A stretch of DNA of 64,000 bases, taken from contig CAYQYZ010000006.1 in the NCBI GenBank assembly GCA_964422025.1, forward strand, positions 4,157 to 68,156, read 5' to 3'. Shown here piece by piece: positions 1 to 8,819 of this stretch. The stretch's first letter is position 1, and every line of letters begins with the position of its first letter. Both the position numbers and the translations under genes were made by a program. The notes beneath the pieces were generated by a model. That model saw nothing but the letters and a program-made list of their open reading frames with translations, searched no databases and was not told the origin of the DNA. The stretch comes from an uncultured Gammaproteobacteria bacterium. GTDB taxonomy: Bacteria; Patescibacteriota; Microgenomatia; UBA1406; HO2-37-13b.

Positions 1-3000
1 CCGAGAACATAAGTCCTGCAATAATTGCTCCTCCCAAACCTTGCCATAATGGATCGGCAATTGTAATTGGAATAAGTCCAAATATAGTGGCAAGCGATGT
101 TAACACAACTGGTTCTAAACGATTACCTGCAGCATCGACAATGGCGTTTTCCAATGTTAATCCTTCCTTACGATTGTCATTAATTTTTTCGATTACAACA
201 ATTGCATGAGTAACCACAATTCCAAAAAGAGCCAATATCCCAATAAGGGCAGGGAATGAAAGTGGAATTCCTGTTAATCCAAATATATAAAACACACCCG
301 CTATAGAAACAGGAATAATCAAAAGTGCCAAAAATGCTTGTCTAAATGACTGAAACTCAATAACCATTGTAATAAGAATCAGTAGACCAGAAAGTATCAT
401 TGCTTGCAAAATTGACTGTACCGACTTTTGATTTTCTTCATTTACCCCGCCAGTTTTCCATGAATATCCTTCTGGAAATGAATACTCTTTGGCGAAATTT
501 ACCAAGTCGCTATTCAGCTCATTAATATTAAACCCCTTGGCAGCGCTTGCAAAAACCGAAAGTGTGCGCTGTCCATTTTCTCGAGTAATTTGTGTTGGAT
601 TATTTTCCAATTGAATTTCACCTAACGCAGAAAGTGGCACATATCCATCGCGAGTTGGTATTTGCAGTGATGTGATGTCGGCTGGTTCTAAACGCTCATA
701 AAAGATCCATTCAATCGACACTTCATCGGAATCTTTTGTTAATGTATCAAGTTCAAGACCACTCGCATACGTGCGAAGCCAAGAACCGATTGTGGCAACA
801 GAAAGCTGATTCTGCTCAAGCGCATCCATATCAGGCTTAAAAACAAGCTTGCTTGTTCCTGATTGAATACTGCGATCAGGATTAATAACTCCATTCTGCT
901 TTTTTAGATATGCAGTAAAATCGTCGGCAATCGTATTAAGAGTATTTAAATTCTTTCCAAGAAAATTTATTTGCACATCGGCTCCTGCCGGAGGACCGCC
1001 CGAAAGTTCCTGCACCAACACGGTACCAACTGGATAATTTTTTAACGATGCACGAAGTCCATCTGCAATGTCTTGTGACGTTTCAGATCGATTCGTATGA
1101 TGAGTAAGTGTCAGCGTTGCCAGTAATGAGTTGTTCTTTTTTGAACGCTCACCCTGGGCATCATAGGTAGTTTCTGCTTCAACATTAACAAACTGGGAAT
1201 TTGGAATAGTACGCAACCGATTAGCAAATGTATATGATTCCCGATTAATTGTAGTAAGCGATGTTCCAGCGGGGAATTCTAATGTAACGTACACGATGTC
1301 CTCATTTGTCTTTGGAAAAAACTCTGATCGAACCAGCCCAACGCCAACAAGAATATATGCGACTACAACAAATCCTAAAATTGCAAATAACGTTTGATTC
1401 CGTTTTTTCGATGACCGAAGAATTGATCGAATCAATACCATATATTTTTGGGCTACATCTTCAAGTTGAATTATTCCAGAATCGAAAGATTTTCTAAAAA
1501 ATTCCGCAATAGGCTTTGTTCGGCGATGGTATTTCTTAAACTTTTTATTAATTTGATTTAGCAAAACTTGTCTACTAAGATAGCCAAAATACCCAGCACT
1601 CAAAACAGCTGCATACGTAATAATGAATAGGGGAGACATGGGAATAAATAATGAAGGTAAAATGAGAACGAAAGTAATCACAAACCATTTGACCAATATA
1701 GCTACTCGTTTCGGCATAGAAAAGTCAAGAAACACCATCATAAGTGGAATAGTTACAAACGTTGCAATCGACGTAGAAGAAATAAGCGTTGCAGTAACGA
1801 CTATTGGAATTGGACGTATAAATTCTCCAATAATTCCTGTTGAAAGCAATAATGGAACAAATGCCCAAATAGTAGTTATTGTCGTAGACCACAAAGGAAC
1901 TATAAAATCGCGCCATACTAATATTGCCGATTGATATGCTGTAAATTTCCCCGTTTTATAATATCGGGTCATTGCTGCAACAACAACAATGGTGTCATCA
2001 ATAAGAAGTCCTAAAGATAATAGCAATGCAAAAAGCGTTAAGAAATTTAGCGAAAGCCCCATGGCATCAATAATCGTAAACGCGGACAGGAATGTTAATG
2101 GAATAGTCAGCGAAGCAATAACTGCTTGACGGAATCCCAAAAATACAAATAACAAAGCAAAGACTAGAATTAGGGTAGATCTAAATTCCCCAAACAAATC
2201 ACTAAACTGTTCAGAAATATCGTCCGCTGTATTCAGTGTTGTTTTTAAAAAGAACTGGTTATTTTCTTGTTTAAAAAGCGAATCAACAACTGTTTTTGCA
2301 TCTTTTGCTGCGGCATCTATATTTGAATTGGATGTTTTGTATACAAAAAAGGTAACAGCCTTAGATGCAGAATGATTACTATCAGCAAAAAGACTAACGG
2401 GAAGGTCTGTTTTAGATCGCACCGATATATTTGCTACATCACCCAAATGTAACGAATGTCCTGAAGCACTAATTCTCATGGAACGAATATCTTCAACAGT
2501 CTGAATTTGGGAATCAATAGCAAGGGAATAGGTGGAAGTATCTGTTTTTACCAATCCTGCAGGATACGCATGAGTCTGCGATTTAATCATTTGCGAAACA
2601 GCAAAAGGATTCAGATCATATTCTGCGAGCTTCTGAGGATCAAATAATACCTGAATATATTCTTTTTCATACCCGGCAGTATCTACTCGATCAACCTTAG
2701 GAAGGTCTTCTAAAGCATCTTTTATTTTTTTACTGAAATTCATGAGCGAAGCAACGTCGCCCTTTGTATACACCGTAAAATTCCATACTGGTTTATCGTC
2801 AAAATCAACAATCTTTACCGTAGGAACACCAGCATCATCAGGGAGGTTTTTTACCAGTGAAACCGCCTTATCGACATCATCTCGAGCCTTATCTGCATTT
2901 GTTTTAGAAGTAAAAAGAATTGAAATAACCGAAACGTTCTCGGAAGAAACGGAAGTAGTTGTGTCTTTATCCTTAACTTTCTTTAACGTATCTTCCAAAG

Positions 3001-3268
3001 GAACTGTAACGAGCGATTCAATATCTTGTGGGCTACCACCCGGCAACGTGGTAACAATGGTTACGATAGGTATTTTTATTTCTGGATTAAGTCTTCTCGG
3101 CAAATTAATGAAACTTACACTTCCTAATAATACTATTGAGAGAATTATAAGAATGACAAAACGAATCTGGGAAATATAACGAGCTTGAAAACTAGATAAT
3201 AATGATGAGTCAAATTTCAAAGAATTCAAATATGACACTGATTCTGATGGCTTCTTCTTTGTTGGCAT
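1..3268 (-). CDS. RND-family efflux transporter permease (AcrB/AcrD/AcrF-like); 3' end runs off the window
   Basis: Absent from the ORF track because there is no in-window stop. Hand translation from ATG (3268..3266) gives MPTKKKPSESVSYLNSLKFDSSLLSSFQARYISQIRFVILIILSIVLLGSVSFINLPRRLNPEIKIPIVTIVTTLPGGSPQDIESLVTVPLE, a typical RND N-terminus. The same frame was spot-checked open at ~1470-1560 and at 2-60 (ADPLWQGLGGAIIAGLMFS). It lies directly downstream of the adaptor gene. The full frame was not checked codon by codon. Confidence 0.85.
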   Translation of the reverse strand, partial: MPTKKKPSESVSYLNSLKFDSSLLSSFQARYISQIRFVILIILSIVLLGSVSFINLPRRLNPEIKIPIVTIVTTLPGGSPQDIESLVTVPLEDTLKKVKDKDTTTSVSSENVSVISILFTSKTNADKARDDVDKAVSLVKNLPDDAGVPTVKIVDFDDKPVWNFTVYTKGDVASLMNFSKKIKDALEDLPKVDRVDTAGYEKEYIQVLFDPQKLAEYDLNPFAVSQMIKSQTHAYPAGLVKTDTSTYSLAIDSQIQTVEDIRSMRISASGHSLHLGDVANISVRSKTDLPVSLFADSNHSASKAVTFFVYKTSNSNIDAAAKDAKTVVDSLFKQENNQFFLKTTLNTADDISEQFSDLFGEFRSTLILVFALLFVFLGFRQAVIASLTIPLTFLSAFTIIDAMGLSLNFLTLFALLLSLGLLIDDTIVVVAAMTRYYKTGKFTAYQSAILVWRDFIVPLWSTTITTIWAFVPLLLSTGIIGEFIRPIPIVVTATLISSTSIATFVTIPLMMVFLDFSMPKRVAILVKWFVITFVLILPSLFIPMSPLFIITYAAVLSAGYFGYLSRQVLLNQINKKFKKYHRRTKPIAEFFRKSFDSGIIQLEDVAQKYMVLIRSILRSSKKRNQTLFAILGFVVVAYILVGVGLVRSEFFPKTNEDIVYVTLEFPAGTSLTTINRESYTFANRLRTIPNSQFVNVEAETTYDAQGERSKKNNSLLATLTLTHHTNRSETSQDIADGLRASLKNYPVGTVLVQELSGGPPAGADVQINFLGKNLNTLNTIADDFTAYLKKQNGVINPDRSIQSGTSKLVFKPDMDALEQNQLSVATIGSWLRTYASGLELDTLTKDSDEVSIEWIFYERLEPADITSLQIPTRDGYVPLSALGEIQLENNPTQITRENGQRTLSVFASAAKGFNINELNSDLVNFAKEYSFPEGYSWKTGGVNEENQKSVQSILQAMILSGLLILITMVIEFQSFRQAFLALLIIPVSIAGVFYIFGLTGIPLSFPALIGILALFGIVVTHAIVVIEKINDNRKEGLTLENAIVDAAGNRLEPVVLTSLATIFGLIPITIADPLWQGLGGAIIAGLMFS

Positions 3269-3277
3269 GAAAATATA

Positions 3278-4690
3278 TTATTGAACGATTTCTATAGCGC
3301 TTGCTTGGGTAATATTTCTATCTAATATAACCTTGTCATTTTGAGCAAGTCCTACTACATGAACCATAGAACCAAACACAGTACCAACGGTAACTTTTTT
3401 TGCAACTGCTTTTCCATCTTTTACTACGTACACAAAACTCTCACTCGATGTTTGATGCACGGCATCGATGGGAATATACGTTTGAGCATTTTTTAGTGTG
3501 TCTCCGTCGAGTACAAGATTAACCATTACGTGATCACGATCAGTAACTTTCGAAATAAAGGAATCGGGAAGATTGAAATAAACACCATACAATCCGGCTT
3601 CTAGCGAATCGTTAGAAACAAAATGTGGTTTAACAGTAATTTTTTCACCATGCACTACTAATTCAGCAGGAGTTTCAATAGTAATTTTTGCAGCAATATC
3701 ACGACTTACATATGCAATTACAGTTATTGGATCGTCTTTTGTCTGAGAAACAATAGCAAGAGGCGTGCCAGGACTAACTGCTTGACCAACTTTCACAAAT
3801 ATTCGCTGCACTACTCCATTAAATGGGGAAGCAGGCGCTGTTGCTCCTTCAGCAATACGAGCAAGACTTAACTGCAATCGACTCACTTCTTTTTGGACAT
3901 CGAGCATTTTTTCTTGTAAGTTTAATTGAGCAATTGCTGTATCACGTTGTAATTGCGCAATATGTGCAGGCTCTTTGTCGCTTGATGACTGATATTCATT
4001 TACTCGTAATCCTGTTTTTGCTTGATTCTGAGCTGCAAGAAACTGGCTTTTTGCCTGTTTAGAAGCTAAAATTAGCGATGCATTTGCAACAGGATCGGCT
4101 TGCAATAATGTCATATTTGAATCGAGTGAAGAAATAATTGAATCATTTAATGCAATTAAATCTTTTGTCGCATCGGTAGATTGATTCGTAATATCGCGTA
4201 CCTGAGCCGATTGTGATTCAGCTTTTTGCGCAATCTCTTTCTGTTTGGCGATTATATCTTTCTGACTGTCATAGGTATCAAGAGCAGATTGATATTGCAC
4301 TGCAGCAAGTTGTCGCTGAGTACTTTGTGCATTGCCTCCAGTATAGTTAGAAGAAATATTCATGAGCACTGCCCACTTATTCACTGGCATTCCTTCATGA
4401 GTGTAAATATTTTGTACCACACCACCGGTTAATGAAACTATTTTCACAACACCCGACTTTTCAACTTCACCTATTACCGAAATTCTTGGAGAATCGCCAA
4501 TACTATATACTGATACTTTCTGTGGTGCTTTTGTATCACTATTCTTAACCACAGCTGGTTTTCGTATGATATTGCCAAAAATAATCAATAAAACAACTGC
4601 TGCTAAGGATAAGTAAAATGCTGGCACAGGGCGCTTTGCAATATTTTTCTTCAATTTTTGCAAATATTTCTTACTATTTTTTTGTTTCAT
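3278..4690 (-). CDS. Efflux RND transporter periplasmic adaptor subunit (HlyD/MFP family)
   Basis: ORF 3278..4741. The likely start is M18 (MKQKNSKK..), followed by a TM helix, a long Q/A-rich coiled-coil and a barrel-sandwich motif (SPFNGVVQRIFVKVGQAVSPGTPLAIV). It sits 9 nt upstream of the RND gene. Confidence 0.8.
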   Translation of the reverse strand: MKQKNSKKYLQKLKKNIAKRPVPAFYLSLAAVVLLIIFGNIIRKPAVVKNSDTKAPQKVSVYSIGDSPRISVIGEVEKSGVVKIVSLTGGVVQNIYTHEGMPVNKWAVLMNISSNYTGGNAQSTQRQLAAVQYQSALDTYDSQKDIIAKQKEIAQKAESQSAQVRDITNQSTDATKDLIALNDSIISSLDSNMTLLQADPVANASLILASKQAKSQFLAAQNQAKTGLRVNEYQSSSDKEPAHIAQLQRDTAIAQLNLQEKMLDVQKEVSRLQLSLARIAEGATAPASPFNGVVQRIFVKVGQAVSPGTPLAIVSQTKDDPITVIAYVSRDIAAKITIETPAELVVHGEKITVKPHFVSNDSLEAGLYGVYFNLPDSFISKVTDRDHVMVNLVLDGDTLKNAQTYIPIDAVHQTSSESFVYVVKDGKAVAKKVTVGTVFGSMVHVVGLAQNDKVILDRNITQASAIEIVQ

Positions 4691-4898
4691 ATGTATTTTT
4701 TGCTCAGCGGCAAGTATATATAATTTTTGTACTAAATACAAGTCTATAGGGCAGACTATGTAGTTGGATTATGCGGTAAAAGTCAAAAGACAACTTACCT
4801 AATTACTCATTCCTAGATTGAATGCGTCAAATATAGTATCATGCATATATGGATAAAACCCCACTATTTGGCCTAAGCGCTGCATTTTTATTTATTGA

Positions 4899-5189
4899 AT
4901 GGCTAGCGCACAAAACATCATGATTCTGATTTCAATTCTTATTTTATTTACCTGTGCAGCCATATTATTGTTTTTTTCGTTTATTTTTCTAAGTACGAAT
5001 CGATATACTACATTTCTAAAAAAATACACGATGTTTTTTGGAATCGATATCTCGAAAATACCCAAAAGCCCCATGATGCCCGATCCATTACTTCCCATGA
5101 TTCGACAAGGTCAAATAGGAGGAGTGCTCTTTATCTTGATGAGTATCGTACTATGCGGTGCTGGATTATTTCTTCTTCGGTATGTGTAA
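4899..5189 (+). CDS. Hypothetical small membrane protein (2 predicted TM helices)
   Basis: 96-aa ORF with two hydrophobic stretches. No recognisable family. Confidence 0.35.
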   Translation: MASAQNIMILISILILFTCAAILLFFSFIFLSTNRYTTFLKKYTMFFGIDISKIPKSPMMPDPLLPMIRQGQIGGVLFILMSIVLCGAGLFLLRYV

Positions 5190-5464
5190 TTGTACTAAGC
5201 TGTACTTTATCATATGTTAATAGTCTGTAATATGCATTATATGTCTTGACTGAAACTCATATCAGCGTTTTGGCGGAACTGCAATAATGGTTATTTATCG
5301 AAATAACTTGTGCGCAGTTCAAACCAATATCGCAAACAACTCCACCATCTCTGGCTTTAGCCGAGTTGTTCGAAATGTAGCAACAATCTTCAACACCGGA
5401 GCAAATGCGCTCATTAATGCTTCTGCGGATTAATATTTCTTCAAATTGCTTATAATAGAAAAGT

Positions 5465-6193
5465 ATGAACTCACATGTCGGCTTCGAAACAATCAACGGA
5501 AAGAAAGTTTTTAATATACTCACACAGTCCGATTCTACTGCAAAAAATTTAGTAATTATGAGTCACGGATTTAGAGGAAGCTCCATTGGCCCCGCCCGCA
5601 CATTTGTTGATTTTGAGTCTATTCTGACAAAGAATGGATTTTGTACGCTGCGCTTTGATCAACCCAATAGCGGTAATTCTGAAGGAAATTATGTTAATTC
5701 CTCGTTTAATGAATGGGTGCAGACAATCTCATATTTTGCTCAAAAATATTTAAATCTTGGATACAGAGTAGCACTTCTGGGTCAAAGTATGGGAGCGAGT
5801 GCAACCATGATTGCCGCTTCAAGCAATGAGCTGCATGAAAAGATTCCTTGCATTATGCTGTGGGTCCCAGATCCTGAATCGGATTATGTGAATCAAGAGA
5901 ACGAGATCGGAGAAGAAGCTGGGCAAAAATACCCAGAAACATTTTGGCAAGAAGCCCGAGATGCTAATTTTTTTGCTTCTTTAGAGAAATATCATGCAGG
6001 AATTCATTTGGTGTATGGGGAGCATGATCGGTACATTCAAGAGGAATTGCGGAATAAGGTAATTGAACGCATGCAAGTAAAACATCAACCGTTTATGGTT
6101 TTACCCGGACAAGATCATAGCCCCTGGGATTTTGATCAGGCTCAAAGAGTGTACGTCGAGGAATTGAATTTTCTCAAGGAATACTTCAAGTAG
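5465..6193 (+). CDS. Alpha/beta-fold hydrolase
   Basis: HGFRGSS oxyanion-type motif, GQSMGA nucleophile elbow (G-x-S-x-G), and late D/H residues (GEHD.., GQDHSPW). Confidence 0.8.
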   Translation: MNSHVGFETINGKKVFNILTQSDSTAKNLVIMSHGFRGSSIGPARTFVDFESILTKNGFCTLRFDQPNSGNSEGNYVNSSFNEWVQTISYFAQKYLNLGYRVALLGQSMGASATMIAASSNELHEKIPCIMLWVPDPESDYVNQENEIGEEAGQKYPETFWQEARDANFFASLEKYHAGIHLVYGEHDRYIQEELRNKVIERMQVKHQPFMVLPGQDHSPWDFDQAQRVYVEELNFLKEYFK

Positions 6194-6221
6194 AAAAAGT
6201 TGCTGATTAGAGCACTAATCG

Positions 6222-6327
6222 TTGGTTTTGGCGTTGGCGCATTTTTGCGAGTTCCAATAACAATTACAATATCAACATCTTCGCCATCATCGAGCGTTGA
6301 TGTATCTACTGTATATTCACCTTCCAA
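6222..6327 (-). pseudogene. Remnant of the 3' end of a LytR_C-domain gene (paralog of 11526..12110)
   Basis: About 100 nt with roughly 75-80% identity by eye to 11630-11730. The translated fragment EGEYTVDTSTLDDGEDVDIVIVIGTRKNAPTPKPT matches ETDYTVDPAELDSSEDVDVVVIIGVRKNAPTAKPT. No N-terminal part is present, and it overlaps the stop of the FG-GAP gene. Confidence 0.55.
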
Positions 6328-8785
6328 CGATCATGTAGTACCCACAGGGCTTATCTAGGGCCGCTACGGTGCGATTCACCGTGTCTACAACCGAACTAGG
6401 TAATATCTTCCACATTTTCCCGTCCGATGACACGGCAAGTGCAAATCGAGAAGGATTGTATTTCTTTTTCGGCTGACCAACAGGGATAAGGTTTTCCTTC
6501 GTATATGAAAGTGCAACAATCGATGATTTTTTATGGAGACTTGGAATAATCTTAGCCGCCTCTTTGTCTGATCCAATCGGTGGATACGCTTTGTAACAAA
6601 TATATTGCACATTCCCAACCTGCCACCGTGTTCCTCCCGATGACCTGACGCCTAACAAAGATCCACCGGCAAGAATGGCATTCGTACCTTTTTTACCGAG
6701 TACGGTCGTTGGATAAAATGAAACAGGGGAAACAATTTTTGCCGATAAAAATGCATCAAAGGTAAGTGTATCAGCTTGCGCAACGGTGAAAACACGTTGA
6801 TCTCCGGTATTAGAATCTCCGGTACTACCAAATACGCCTCCGCCACTGGGAACAATCTGAGCTCGTGTTCCACTCGATGTTGAACTTGAACCGGTGCCGT
6901 TGGAAAAGGTTTTAGCATAAAAGCGCGATTGTGCGGTATAGACTGAATTCGAATCTAAAGCTCGTACGTACATAGTATGTGTTCCTTGAGTTACGACTCC
7001 ACTATTACAAGTAAACGCTTCGGTAGTGCTATTAAAAGATCCATCGGTGGCCGTACAGTTGCTCCAGCCACTCGTGGGACTATTTGAATCAAGACGATAT
7101 TGTACGCCTGAAATATTTGTTATTGAATTTGTTGAAGTAACCGTACCTCTTATTTGTAAAGAATCCGTTCCTTGTGAGGTTGTTACATCAGTAAGTGAAT
7201 GGGGGAAATTATAAAAAAGCCATACAGAACCAGAATTATTACGTGAGTTGTAATCAGAATCTTGTGAAGACACGACCATATCATATACTCCATCACCATT
7301 AAAGTCTCCTGAAGTATATTTGTATGGCATAAAATCACCCGCAATCGCACCGTCAAGTCGATATATATAATTTGAGCTTGACGACATTGATAGGGAATTA
7401 CCTGTACTAGACAAATATCCATCAAGAACAGCGCCTGAAACTACATATTGCGATCCTGAATCAGTGCGCGAGTTATTTGCTGCTGAAGAAGCCCATACAA
7501 TTAAATCATTGTATCCATCATTTGTAAAATCTTTCAAACCCAAAACTCCAGGAAAGTCACCTGTTGCGCCTAAAACCTTAACGGCATAATTCGTGCTTGT
7601 TGCCAAATCAAGATTATTTCCTGTCGTTCCAGCGTACGATGCGAGTTTTGCATTTGCTATAACATACGATGGGCCTGTGGTTGCATATTCATGAAGAAAT
7701 AAATTATCTCTTCCCGATTGATCAAACTTTCCAGCAGCATCGAATGTTAAATATGCTTCGGCAACAGATCCGTCTATTCGAACATTGTAATTTGTTGACG
7801 TTGAGATATTGACCACATTTCCTGTGCCTACATTATCATCAATAAGAGTATTGTAAACAATCCACACTGAGCCTGATGATGATCTCGAATTAGGACTTGT
7901 ATACTCCGCTCCCAAAACAAAGTCCTGCTTATTATCATTATCAAAGTCGCCGAAAACCAAACCATTTGACACTAAGCCTAAGTAAATACCCGTAGTGCCC
8001 CCATCCCAACGAACATTAAAGCTAGTTGTAGTAGCCAATTCAATGGTATTACCTGTCGAAGTATAATCATCTAAAATTGAATCTTTAATCAAATAAATTG
8101 ACCCTTCTGCACTATTCCTGTTATATGCAGTTACAAATAAATCGTGTTTTGAATTTTGATCGATATCTGCAAAACCCATAAACGTTCCTAAATAATCGCT
8201 TGCTGCTGCCCCGTCAATACGCAAATTGTATTTTGAAGACGAATTCAAATCGATCGTATTACCCGTTCCTGAAAGGCCAGAAAAAATTGAACTATACAAT
8301 ATATATATCGAACCTGAGTCCGATCGAGAATTGAAATCGGTCTGATCTCCTGAAATTGCCAAATCCATCGATCCATCGTTATTAATATCGCGAACTTTCA
8401 CTCCAGAAATACCACCGTTAGCTGCAGGACCATCGATTCGAATATTGTACGACGAGCTCGAATTTAAATCGATCATGTTTCCCGACGTAAGATAATTATT
8501 AAGGAGCGAATCGTACAAAATATATACTGATCCAGATGCATTTCGAGAATTATTATCTGTTCCTGCCGCAGTAATTAAAAGATCGTCTTTCCCATTTCCA
8601 TTTACATCTGCCGCTTCCATTGAATAACGACTTAATCGATCTGTTGTTGCCGCGCCATCAATTCTCAAATTCCAATTTGTGGTAGAGTTAAGATCGTATG
8701 AAACAGCCAAAACAGATTTTGGGACAAGTAAAATTGCAAAAAACGTTATGAAATATATCAACCGTGTATACATGAGTAATAACAC
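6317..8785 (-). CDS. Secreted FG-GAP (integrin-alpha-like beta-propeller) repeat protein with a conserved C-terminal module
   Basis: Signal peptide. About 8 repeats of the pattern NxRIDG..D.LG...D(V/I)NGDG..DL.I.A....NSR..SGS.YI.YDS....TGN..DL. The C-terminal SGWSNCTATDGSFNS..GTHTMYVRA and GKMWKILPSSV modules are shared with the neighbour. Confidence 0.8.
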   Translation of the reverse strand: MLLLMYTRLIYFITFFAILLVPKSVLAVSYDLNSTTNWNLRIDGAATTDRLSRYSMEAADVNGNGKDDLLITAAGTDNNSRNASGSVYILYDSLLNNYLTSGNMIDLNSSSSYNIRIDGPAANGGISGVKVRDINNDGSMDLAISGDQTDFNSRSDSGSIYILYSSIFSGLSGTGNTIDLNSSSKYNLRIDGAAASDYLGTFMGFADIDQNSKHDLFVTAYNRNSAEGSIYLIKDSILDDYTSTGNTIELATTTSFNVRWDGGTTGIYLGLVSNGLVFGDFDNDNKQDFVLGAEYTSPNSRSSSGSVWIVYNTLIDDNVGTGNVVNISTSTNYNVRIDGSVAEAYLTFDAAGKFDQSGRDNLFLHEYATTGPSYVIANAKLASYAGTTGNNLDLATSTNYAVKVLGATGDFPGVLGLKDFTNDGYNDLIVWASSAANNSRTDSGSQYVVSGAVLDGYLSSTGNSLSMSSSSNYIYRLDGAIAGDFMPYKYTSGDFNGDGVYDMVVSSQDSDYNSRNNSGSVWLFYNFPHSLTDVTTSQGTDSLQIRGTVTSTNSITNISGVQYRLDSNSPTSGWSNCTATDGSFNSTTEAFTCNSGVVTQGTHTMYVRALDSNSVYTAQSRFYAKTFSNGTGSSSTSSGTRAQIVPSGGGVFGSTGDSNTGDQRVFTVAQADTLTFDAFLSAKIVSPVSFYPTTVLGKKGTNAILAGGSLLGVRSSGGTRWQVGNVQYICYKAYPPIGSDKEAAKIIPSLHKKSSIVALSYTKENLIPVGQPKKKYNPSRFALAVSSDGKMWKILPSSVVDTVNRTVAALDKPCGYYMIVGR

Positions 8786-8819
8786 TATAAATGAACGAGC
8801 AGGTTGTTGTCAAGTAATT

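Noticed and set aside
1306-3179. Plus-strand track ORFs 1306..1497, 1623..1934 and 2742..3179, and minus-strand 1725..1916
   Set aside because: They lie entirely inside, and antisense to or out of frame with, the long RND transporter gene (1..3268, minus). Their translations are low-complexity with no motifs, so they are shadow ORFs.
5257-5523. 88-aa minus-strand ORF with a Cys-rich C-terminus (possible small secreted peptide or bacteriocin)
   Set aside because: Its 5' end overlaps the start of the alpha/beta hydrolase gene, there is no internal start downstream of the overlap, and no signal peptide or leader motif is present. The evidence is insufficient to call it.
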